64,000 nt of DNA from NCBI RefSeq assembly GCF_001447785.1, contig NW_015169220.1:124001-188000 (forward strand), given 5' to 3'. Below the pieces are notes generated by a model. It did no database searches, was not told the origin of the DNA, and was given only the letters and a program-made list of their open reading frames with translations. The stretch comes from Gekko japonicus. Taxonomy: Eukaryota. The position numbers were made by a program, and so were the translations under genes. This document shows, piece by piece, positions 11,790-42,200 of this stretch (positions within the stretch are counted from its first letter, which is position 1; every line of letters begins with the position of its first letter).

Positions 11790-14272
11790 CATTCCCTTAA
11801 CCCTTTCCCTCCCAGATTCTCTTGCACGCAGAGTTACAATATCCAGCAGAAACAGTTACGTCCCCTTCTGGAAATACAAGGACCAGAAGTAACTGCAGTC
11901 CTAGTCCACTCTCAGTTTAGTTGTATGATCTGTTATTACCTGGCTTGAGGAACAAAAATCTTTGGATACCATTTTTTAACATGTTACCTCCCTGGATGTG
12001 AACATGAGACATCTTTTTCTTCCTCGTCACCTACCAGAGTAGCAGCATGCTAGTACTCTAATGCTTGTATTGTATGAATGTGGCACCTAGTGACAAAATA
12101 AAAGCAACAGGCTTCATGCATTTAGCCCCCACACGGCTGCTTTTTTCAAGCACCAGTTAAAAGGGGCAGGACAAAGTATCCCAGTTGAGGGGAAGGAAGC
12201 AAGCATATTTTAGGAAGGTAGTATACAACAGTGTATTAATATCAATGTTACTTGATTATTATTTTGTCCTGGCTTAAGCAAATTCTGATCAACAGCAAGT
12301 ATCCAGAACAATCATTGTGCTACTTAAAATACATTACTAAATCAAAGAATGTGAATTGTATCCCATCTATTACCAGAGGTGGTGGAATCACAGAAAGGCT
12401 TTTCTACTTGACAGTTTTTAATTGGGTAGCAGCAGCTGTTCCGTGGCATCAGCATGAAATTGGGATTCATAGGAAGACTAGTTGAACACACCCAAAGAAA
12501 GAGAAGATTATACCAGTGATCACCATAATGCCTACATTCTTCTTCCCTAAAACATCTCTACCCCAAAGCAAAAAGCCAATCGTGGTTTTCTTCTTCCTCA
12601 TTAGAGCAGGAAGTACTTCAAAACAGGCCAGGTGCTAATCATAACTATAACTGCAAGACACACCCATTCAGAAACTGTTGCCTCTCACAGGAAGATGCTT
12701 GGCTTAGAAACTCCCAACATTGTATGACTAGCCCCAGCTTTTTAGCAGCCATTTTATGGTGGTATCTAATTTTTTTTTTAATTCCAAAAATGCCCACAGG
12801 TTCAACAAGGTCAGGGACTGCTGGGTTAAGGTATCCCAGAGCATTTCCAAATCTAACAAGCATTTAGGTCATGTGGAACTGTTTCTGCAGACTCAATGTA
12901 ATTAACAGTTGCTTTTTGTTTTATGAAAAGTTACATTTAAAAGTTTATTTAAAACAAGGTAAGAAGTGCTAATTGCCTGTCCTTATAATACTTTGTCTAT
13001 AGCCTAGTGGCTAGTACCAGCTAGATTCTCTAGTTAAAACTCATGCACACTTCAATTAACGGGGGGGGGGGGAAATGAAATGAGACACTGTTAATGGACT
13101 TGACGATTTGTGTATCACCACTTTGTTGACTGTGATTAATAGAACAGAGTCTAACTGTTTCTGATCATGATTCTTCTTTTTGTTAAGTTTGATTTTATGT
13201 AAACTGGCACAAAGCCACGCATCTGCTCTACAGAGCTGCAAAGAATACATGATTATACAAATTTTAATGTAGTATAAATCCACAATAATTTACTCTCATC
13301 ATTCTCCAATGTTAGAAGCATGCAATTACTTTACAATGCAGTTTTCTATGCAAATCACCCTTAAAGCTAAATGAAAGTGTTCAAGTACATGCATCTGTTT
13401 ATAGAGTAATGATTTAATCTTTTTAAAGCCTATACTTCAATGCCTCCAAACACTGCTAGTGATTATATCAACTCCAGGGTAAAAAAACTTTCTTCCATAT
13501 CTTGGTACTAATATAGCACTAAATGGCTTAGGACAACATGCACTGTCTCTTTCACCAAACACAAATTATGAATGACCCATTGGGTAGTATCATAAACAAC
13601 ACTTAGGCTAGTTTATGTCATATCATGTTAGAAAACTGAGGAGGCAATTAATGCTGAACAATAGTTTAGTGCATAGTGAACAGTGAGAAAACAAAAACAA
13701 CGCTCCTCTCCAAGACATGGTAGATAAACACAACTGGATAAGTAGCTTCAAGAAAATTGCTGTGTATGAGAGAACTGAGTTGTCTCGAAAAGAGAGTTCC
13801 CCTAGATATAAGAGGGTGTGATCATATACTACAGATTCTTCTCTCCTACAGCAGACTTCTCACCCCCTCCCCATTCTGTTCCTGGGGATTCCCTGCCCCC
13901 AGAAGCAGCACTTCAGAGGTCATTTGGGGGCAGGGAAGAAACAATCCCTTCCATCTCTGGAAATTACCATTAGAGCCATTTCATTATTTAGCCAAATATT
14001 CAGTGCAGGTCTCAAAAAGGGCCACGTATCAGCTTCTCAGCCTCCCCCCATAGATGTCACCCTGACAGTAGATCCTGAAAGTCAGACCAGCATCTGGCCT
14101 CATACAAAAAGTTAATTCAAATACATTGGTAACATCAGATCTTAGCCTAGATTTGATGTTGGATCTTGAGTCAGAAAGTACCAAAAGGGTTACGTGAAGT
14201 AATCCAGGTGAAAGAATATTTACTGAGGAATCCTCTAAAACTGTGCAAAATTAAAGAAACAAAATTTAAGCA

Positions 14273-14927
14273 TTTATTTCTAGAAGGGTGTTGAAGGTTT
14301 ACCATCTTAGAAGGTTCCAGATTCTGCTGTGTAGAACTAGGAGAATGGAGATGTTGCTTTAAAACAAACAACAAAAAAACTCCTTGAAGTTTGGAGGTGC
14401 CCAACTAGGCAAAAATAGCTCAAAAGTAAAACTTATATCAAGGAAAGAAGGAAGGAAAAGCCAATCAACAGCACTTTGATAGATACTGGAGGTAGGTGAG
14501 CACTGTCAAATGCTTATTTCCTTGCTAGAAACTTATCCCTGAAGTCCAGTAAAGTCATAACTTTTAAAAGTCATCATTTACAACCACGTAAGTTTATTTT
14601 ACAGTATATTTGTGACATATTGGCATTAACCAAAGATCTGGATTGTTTACAAATATAACGGCTGCCATCTGAGGCAATTAAAAAGTTCCTCTAAATATTA
14701 AGTTTGTACATGATTTTCGTTTTAACTTTAGAACTCTTCATGTAACATCAAAATTAAACAGAAAGGAACTAATTTAAGCAAAAATATAACAACTTTCTAG
14801 AAACAAATCTAGAAACTCTCAGAATTAAATTTTAGAAGTATCACTGGCTGCATTAATACTCTCCTCCACTGTAAGGAGACTCTTTTAGTGGTGTTCCAGC
14901 AAGTATGATTAATCAAGTCAGTTTATT
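14273..14927 (-). terminator. Candidate SRP54 poly(A) signals (AATAAA at 14922-14927, 14593-14598, 14273-14278)
   Basis: TTTATT on the + strand downstream of the stop codon; which one is used is unknown. Confidence 0.5.
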
Positions 14928-14937
14928 AAGGCTTCTT

Positions 14938-33885
<18,948 letters not shown>

Positions 33886-34879
33886 TCAAATGTGATCTGT
33901 AAAGAAATATTAGAAGAATGTTAGTTGCTCCTGCTGCTCCCTCTCACATGTCAGCAAATATGTTATTTTTAAGAGCATAAAACTGTTTTCAGAACTAACA
34001 TATGACATTTAATTTAACAGAAAACTAAGCCAACAAGAGTGCCAGTAAAATATATGCCCTGGAAGCTGTTCCTACTGATAGTGCCATTTATCATAGACAA
34101 GAGAAGCTAACGTACTTAAAGATACTGCCAAAATTCATGTTTGAAATAAGAACTCCAGGGGCTCATATTGCTTGTGTTCAATACAAAGTCAAGCATTACT
34201 GCCCCCAAAATCCTTCTATATGTGCCAGAAAGCTTCCCTCCTCTGTAATCACTGAACAATGACAGGAGGATTTAATTAGAAATATCAGAAAACAATATCT
34301 TAGAGCCTAGCCTGTTATTTTTCTGTTTGATATCATGAATCAATGAAACTTCAAGATAAAATGAAATTATTCAACACGCTACTTCTGTGATGGAGCATAC
34401 TAAAGGCTTTCCTTACTGACCAGCCAAACCAAATTTCTCATCACCACTGGCAACCCTATCTGGACCACCATTGTCCCATATAGTCTGGGAGCTCGCTGTA
34501 TGCCCTTGGGTCAATCATCTCTCACCTGAAGTAACTTAGAGAAAAGGTATAGTACACAGAAAAAATTGATAGCTCTGACTTTAGATTTCCTAGTATTTCT
34601 AGTGGAAAAAATCAACATCCTTTCTCTACAGTCTCTAGATTCGACAACAGAAAGACAAAGTCAACAACTCAAGTGTGGCATAAATTAGACTGAGCTGTTG
34701 GTATGAGAAATCTTGCAATAAATCAACATTTTAAAAAATTCCCAAGTATTTCTAGGTGCTAAGCAAAAATTTAAACAAAATTTAACACCAAGTACAATTT
34801 GAGCACAACATTATAATGACTAGTTTAAAATCATTAAAAGGAAAAATATGTTTCCTCAAAGCACAAAAGCATTTTAATG

Positions 34880-35245
34880 GGTTAGAACGGATAAAAGGAA
34901 GTACTTCTTCACCCAAAGAGTGATTAACACATGGAATTCACTGCCACAGGAAGTGGTGGGTGCTACAAGCATGGACGGCTTCAAAAGGGAATTAGATAAG
35001 CATATGGAGCAGAGGTCCATCAGTGGATATTAGCCACAAGGTATAGCTAGGGGCTCTGGGGCAAGTGATGCTCTGTCTTCTTGGTGCTTGGGGGGGGGGT
35101 CAACAGTGGGAGGGCTTCTAATGTCCTGGCCCCACTGCTGGACCTCCTGATGGCACTGGTATTTCTGGTCACTGTGTGACACAGAGTGTTGGACTGGATG
35201 GGCCTTTGGCCTGATCCAACATTGGCGTCTCTTATGTTCTTATGT
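34880..35245 (+). mobile_element. CR1 3' end
   Basis: RTDKRKYFFTQRVINTWNSLPQEVV-type ORF2 end; cttatgttcttatg terminus. Confidence 0.88.
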
Positions 35246-35622
35246 TAACTCAAATGTTAATTTCCCTCATGATTTATGACCTACAACTACAAAAAAGGAG
35301 GCAATATAAATTCAGTCACTGTGGGAGAAAAAAATACACCAACACTTATTTCAAGGGCAGATCTTTTTAACATGCTCACATATGAATATACTCATTTGAG
35401 AAAACAGTTAAAAGTAGCAAGCCATGTCAACCCAGAGATAAGAAAAGCTCTCATTTCATCTCAGCTTCTATCAAACAGGAAGCTGCTTGCATATCTGTTC
35501 ACTTTTCCTTCTAGTGAAGAGCTAAAAATCTCTTTCAGTCACAATCATTGTTTGTGACTTCCTTCCCTGTTGACTGGCATCTCTACATGCTTTCCTCCCT
35601 TTATATCAGGTATACCTGTGAA

Positions 35623-37108
35623 GGGGGGAGCAGGGCTATGACCAGTGGGTGGTTGGTAGCCATTACCCACAGCTCACCATCAGCTCACTCTTAATTTATT
35701 ATTTTCAACCCTTTTGAAGCTATTTGAGATTCTGAAGACATGCCTCCGAGGCAAAATAAGAAGGGGAAGCAGAAGGCAAAGCAAAAAATGCATAATATAC
35801 CTTCTTTGACAGACTGAAGCTGGAACCTCCTCCACAATGGACTCAGGAAATACTGATAAGGAAGGGAATACTCTTACAACAAACTTTCTTTTAGAAGCCT
35901 TGGCTAAACAACAACAAGAGTTAAGAATAGACATTGTGGAAATGCTAAAACCAGCATTCCAGAATATGGATAAATTAGAAGAACAGTTTAAGCAAACAGC
36001 TGATAAAGCTGGAGAAACAAACTGCCTGTAACTCGTTCCCGTGAGCTGTATCTGAAATTCAGAGGATTTAAACCAAAGATTGAAGAATGGAATTTAAAAA
36101 AAATTATTGCTAATTGGCTGGTTGGCATTTTAAATCTGGAGGAAGGAGTGGTTCCTTTAATTCAAAAGGCTTATTGGGTGGGCAGACAATGAGAGGAAAC
36201 TTCCGTTTATTATCAAGACGTTGTAGTTTTCAAGGACTTCAGAACCAGACAATGGGTATTAACACAGGCAAAAGGGGAAAAACGGTTTGGAATATCAAGA
36301 TGTAAAGATACAGGTGTTCCCTGATCTTCCACCAGAATTTCTTAAGAAGGGAGTTGAAACCAATTACAACTAAACTCTGGGAGTTAGGCATCAAGTATCA
36401 TTGGCTGAATACAGGCAAACTCTGTGTGGAATATAAGCAGGTGATTTACGCAGCTTTTGACCATGCATCAGGAGAGCAGTTGCTGGCTGTTTTAAATAAA
36501 TCACCAGGTGAACTATGGGAGAACACAGACAACAAAGGAAAACAAGACCACCTCCCACTCTGTTTAAGGCAACCAGAATCCATCATTCTGAAGATCGAGA
36601 AGAGTTGGATAAACATATGGACTCCTTTTAAACAGCAAGCATTCATGTTTTTTCTCCGAGGACTGCCCTTGTTATATCTGAAGTAGGGCAACCGGGTAGC
36701 CGCGAGTGGATACGGGTATGTGCCATCCCTTTAACAGTCCTTGGGTGAAAGGTTAAGTCCTTTCGGTCCATGGGTCTCCCTTGGACTGAACTCAGGTTCA
36801 AAGAATAGAGTAAGAAGTACTACGATTGGTTTTGAGGCTGTGTATTTTGTTTTACTTTTGTGGTTATGTTGAAAAGTTTTGCTTAAAACACTTAAAATGC
36901 AGCATAGGTTAATACTGAGAAGATGGAAGAACTGAAGAAATAGAAGAAAGAAAAGAAGCTTTTATTGTAGATTATTAAAACAATTAAAATGTATATGTAC
37001 ATCTATCAAAAACAAAAGAACTGTGATGTAACAAGTATGTATATATTACTAGCTAAAATTATAATCTTTATTTGTAATTCAGTTCTTCAATAAAACAAAA
37101 TGCAAAAA
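35623..37108 (+). mobile_element. ORF1-only L1-derived element (HAL1-like)
   Basis: 15-bp TSD AGGTATAC(C/T)TGTGAA, 5' G-run, ORF1-like remnants, AATAAA plus A-rich tail, no ORF2 motifs seen. Confidence 0.75.
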
Positions 37109-37972
37109 AGGTATACTTGTGAATATGAAGGAACTAATAAGATTATTCACTATCTTTAAATAGCTGATCAGCATTCTCTGACAAAGTGAAACAGAAGGAG
37201 GAGAACATGAAAGCTTAATACAAAACTTGGATCTATCTGCACATGATCTCCGTTGAAATGGATCACAACATAAATTTGACATATCTAGCTGCTCATTTTT
37301 GAGAAAAAATAAGTAGAAAGTACAGGTCTGACAGTAGTCTCTGGCCCACAGTTAATCAAGCATCCTGAATTCCTTGACCAGAGCCAAACCACTGTCTCTA
37401 ATTGTACAGAATTATCTCTGTGTAGGAATAGCTAAGAATGGGAAAAGTTGTAAGATAATTATAAATACACAAGCTGAGAAATTCCCACACATACTAGCTA
37501 CCCAACCAAATTCAGCTAAAAGAAAATTACAGCGCACACTGCAAGTAACAAGGCACACCATGCAGATATTAAGAAAAAACATCATGAAAAGTCCTATCAA
37601 CAGCCATTGCTTACAGCCCAGCAGGGTTGAATTTCAAAGTCTGCTGTCAATGCCATCTCTCATCCCTAGTGTAAAGGAAGAAGGAAAGGCATTGTCCACA
37701 CGACTTAGAAGACTAAGCATAGCTACAAGTGTGTACGTAGGGAGAAAGGTATCCAGGTTACTACAAAGGCAAAGAGGCTACTGTGCATTTGCCAATTCAC
37801 TGGGGAACATTATGGCGTCACAACAGCTGCTCCCGTGGAATTACAGGAACAGCTGTCCAGCTGTTACAAACTAGCCAAAACGAGAGAAGACAGCTGGATA
37901 GCTGCAGCCGACTGGAGGTCCCGGGGGGCGAAACAGCGTCCCGCAACTCTCCCACCCCGCACAGGAACTCAC

Positions 37973-38210
37973 CGGGAAGAGTTTCGCCTCTGAAGCGGCA
38001 GCCGGGCTCGGCCTGGCCCCGCCGCGAGGGCCACGCAACAGCTAGTCTCGACCCTCGGAGCCGCCCTCACAAAGTCGTTAACAAGAGCCCAACCAACACC
38101 AGCAGCTCCTCAGCTCTATTCCCCCCCAGCCAAAGAACCAAGGCGAATGTCACGTCACCACTTCACGGAGCCTACGGAGTTACCATTTTACTTTAAAAAA
38201 CAACTTCCGC
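37973..38210 (-). other. SRP54: Probable non-coding exon 1 of SRP54
   Basis: CCG|gtgagt donor at 37973/37972 inside a CpG island; the first coding exon has an AG acceptor 32 nt before its ATG, so an upstream exon is required; 5' end approximate. Confidence 0.7.
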
Positions 38211-39137
38211 TTCCAGGGCATCTCCGTGAGCCCGCCTACTTCGTGTCAGCCGTGAAGAAAGAATCATGGTGGATAGCCCACACTTCAGGTTCTCAGTCGA
38301 AAACGCCCATAGAAAGAGGAGGAAGGACATAGGATTCTACGTGAACAGGCTCTGAAAGTAAAATCCCGCTGCTCAATGGGGATTGAGGCTAAAGTGGATG
38401 ATTAATACCATTTCCTGTCAGAATTAAGTGGGAAGATTGTTGTTGTTTTTAATATGAGGGGGTATCAGCTGAAAGTTTATTGGAGCATAAGCTAACATTA
38501 TAAATTCAGTGTTGGACTTCAGCTGGGGAGAGCTTTGCTGATGCATTTCTGGTCGTTTTACAGGTTTTTAAACTAGGGGGTCCCTGTTCCTACCTTCAGT
38601 TATTATTTTTCCAGAGAGGGTTTGATAATTTCCAAGAGCTGAAGCAAAGGTAGCCTGTAAATCAAGCGGGAGTGGAGTGGGGGGAGTGAACCCTGCTAGG
38701 GATAAAGGTCACTGGTCTGGCTCTATAGTAATTTGAGTGGCGGTTTTATTCTTTCATAGAACAGCCATGACAAGAAATCTTTCAATGAGAAGAACTCTCT
38801 ACCCTCGACTACTTTATTTGATAATTTTGGGTTTTATTTTCGGTTTTCCATGGTTTTGCTCCCCATCTCGGTAAATCCTACCAGCCACGCTTTGGGTACA
38901 AGCTATCGCTGCATATGACGGCTCTGAAAGGGGCGGAATTCTCTTCTCCGTGCTATCCCGCCATCCTTACCAGGGAACCCTGCGGGTAACTTTTCGTATA
39001 GGCAGAACAGAGAACTCCTCGCATGCGCAGACAGACAAGAACACTGCTCCCGTGATTTTCGTAAATCCCGCCTTCGGGCTGATTATGCAGGGAAGGCTGG
39101 GTTTCCAAGCATGCGTAGTACGGACAAGTAGATAAGG

Positions 39138-39234
39138 ATGGATTTTTCCTCCGCTCGCTTGGCTATTTTGAAGGTGCTGGAGGGTGTGCGCGCGGAAGAG
39201 GTGCCCCGCCTATTGCATTGGATGAGAACGACCA
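39138..39234 (+). CDS. Methyltransferase exon 1
   Basis: aggATGG start; MDFSSARLAILKVLEGVRAEEVPRLLHWMRTT; donor gtaagc, phase 1. Confidence 0.85.
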
Positions 39235-42200
39235 GTAAGCGACGTTTCTCCTTTCTTGTTTCCGTGTTTACCTGTCACAAGTGTTTGGGGTTAGGTACTC
39301 GGAATTCGTGTATTATTATCTTTTATTGCTGCTATGTAACTTGAATAAGTTTTAAACTATCTATGTTTTATGTGTCTGTAGTTTATCCTGATGCTGCTAC
39401 TTATATTTGCTGGCATGTTTTATAAGGTATTTTGTTCTAAATTGGGTGGTTTTGTTCTCTTGTTCGCCAGCTGGACACTTTTTATTTCATTTGGAAGGCT
39501 GGGAAACGAATGTTTTTTAGACCAATCCTAAGCAGACCTACTCAGAAGGAAGTCCCATTTTATTTAATAGGGCTTGCTTCCCAAAAGTTTACTTAGGATT
39601 GTAGCATATAAGTAGATCTAGAGGTAAAATTGGAGGAGACTAACGAGAACTGTTAGCCTTGCAACTGATAAAGCAAGAGAACATAAGAGCTTTGCTGGGT
39701 CAGGCCAGTAGTCTACTTTCCCTTGAGGGCCAACACACAAGGTATAGAAACCAAAGTCTTACCTTGCTTTTGCCTCCTAGCACTGCTGTTCAGAGGCTTG
39801 CTGAGTGGAGGTTCCCTTTACTTAGTGTGGCTGGCAATGAATTATTTAATTTAAACATACATTAAGTAAAAAAGGATTTCCTTTTGTCTTTCTTGAATCT
39901 ATTGCCCATCAACTTCATTGGGTGCTACCCTGCCCAGTTGACGTGAGGGTAGTTAAAATCACCCATTATTAAAACCTTTTCCACTTTGGTTACCTGTCTT
40001 ATTTCCCTCTCCCTTTTGAGATCTGCTTCATGGTTTTGATTGGACAAGTGATAAGGAATGATTTAAACCATTCTGAAGCATGTCCCTTACTACCAACTTT
40101 CACTTCTAGATGCCTCAACAGAATACGATTACACCTTTTATTCGGGGCGCCACAGATCATGGTCGCGAATTGACGTGATCTGGTTAAGTATGGGGATCTT
40201 AAATGACCTTAAAGAGGTAGAGATATTACCCTTGTCATATGCTGACCACAATCCAATGACTTTAACCTTACTGGATGTTCCTAAAACAGTATGCTGGAAA
40301 CTTAACCCATTTTTGCTCAGAAGTGATCATTTTGCAAAAAAACCCAAAAGAAGTAATAGATGCCTCAACAGAATGGCACATTCCACTGTATTAAAGACTG
40401 CTGATAAATCCGATACAAACAAATGTGTGTAGTCCTTTTTCTATCATTTGTACTTCTGTAGTCATCTTAATGGCTCAATGCTGGTATTTTCCACCATCTC
40501 ATATGTACTTTTCCCTGTATTTGAAGAAGGACATTGGCTTCACTGGTTTTACTACCTTAGATTTGGCAGACCTACCAATGTTCTTGAAATGGTCCAGCTT
40601 CTCTACAGGCAAGTTTACTGGTGCACAGTAGTGACTGGGGTTGTTTGCTGGCAGCTATATCCTGCCATCTCCATAGGACAGCTGATGGAAAATACTGGAC
40701 TGTGGGTGAAGCTGGAAAATCAGTATGCCCTTTTTTTTTGCTTTTTCCATATGCTGAGTGTGAATCCATTGAGTGCTGACTTGCAATCCTTAGGCAATTT
40801 GCTGTATGAATAGATAAACAATATGGTTACTTCTATGTAGGTATGTATAATAACTTTTAAGTCCAAGATGCCAACAACATGCCTCTTACCAACATGGAAG
40901 AATTGAAAGAGTCATATTTTAGTGCATTTCTCAAATTTATTTGTATATAGTGTTAACATAATGAAATGAGTAAATTGTTACATTTCATAAGTTCATAGTC
41001 GTAAATGTATACATTTGTCAGCAAATATATTGATAGAAATTTTACTCACATACCTTTCTTTTACCATGGAACATAAAATGACGTACATAGATTTCCTACA
41101 TGTCTCCTGTCCACTGTAAATATCACTAAAACTTAATACAGATATTTTGTGGGGGAGGGGGTTCTTAGCTGAGCCTGATACAGGTGTGGTGAAGGGGTGC
41201 CTAGCCCTTCCTGCCCTTGCTCTGATGCCTCTGGATAAGTTCTTTGGAAGCAAGATTAAATTGTCCAAGCATTACCTCTGTGTAACAATTCAAATACATG
41301 AATAATTGGTGCAACAAGGATTTCATTGCATACCCACAGTTAGAATATTTCAGACAGAAATAGAGAGTCTTCCTTTTCCCTCATGAAATAAAAGTGGGGT
41401 AGTAAAGGTAAAGGTTCCCTTGCTCGAAAGCCAGTCGAATCCGACTCTAGGGTTGCGGTGCTCATCTCCGTTTCAAAGCCGAAGAGCCAACGCTGTCCGA
41501 AGACGTTTCCGTGGTCATGTGGCCGGCATGACTAAACACCAAGGCGCACGGAACGCTGTTACCTTCCCACCGAAGTGGTACCTATTTATCTACTTGCAAT
41601 TTCTTGCTTTCGAACTGCTAGGTTGGCAGGAGCTGGAACTAGAGACGGGAGCTCACCCCGTCTTGCGGCACCCGGGTCTTGAACTGCTGAACTACTGACC
41701 TTCCACAGCCTGCAGTTCAGCATCTTAACCACTTGAGCCACCGCAGCTCCTAAAAGTGGGGTACTATACGGCTTTTAGCAAATTATATAATTATACCCTT
41801 CTATCTTTAATCAGCTGCTTAGCAACGCTTGTGTAATTGGAGTGTTCTTCCTACATGGTCAGGGTGACATGCCAACTATACAAAACTGAACTATTCAATA
41901 TGGCTTTTCTGCACAGGTAGTAGGATTGCACTGTATAAAAGGGGTTTACAAACTTGCTTGGATAAATGATTAGGGACTGTGGTCTATACTGCTGAGTATA
42001 GCTTACTGTAAGTAGGATCCTATTTGTGTAACTTCTGTACCAGTTAATGTGTCATATGAATACTTATGCAATGCTTCAATTCTTTCTGGTGGCTCCAGAC
42101 TTCTAAAATCCTAATGCATTGGTTACTGAATGTCCCATTTTGTTGATTGTACTGACTCACTATGTGTAATCCACCTTGAGTCCCTGTAAATAAAAATAAA

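Larger units (their letters stand above)
37900..39260. promoter_or_regulatory. Divergent (bidirectional) promoter region between SRP54 and the methyltransferase gene
   Basis: Two CpG-rich blocks; ETS/GABP-like ACTTCCGCTTCC ~38203, YY1-like CCATTTT ~38183, TCACGTCA ~38150, GGGCGG ~38931, NRF1-like CGCATGCGCA ~39020. Confidence 0.7.

Noticed and set aside
41420-41698. Repeated ORF MLESQSNPTLGLRC (also 61333-61605)
   Set aside because: Antisense translation of Sauria SINE copies
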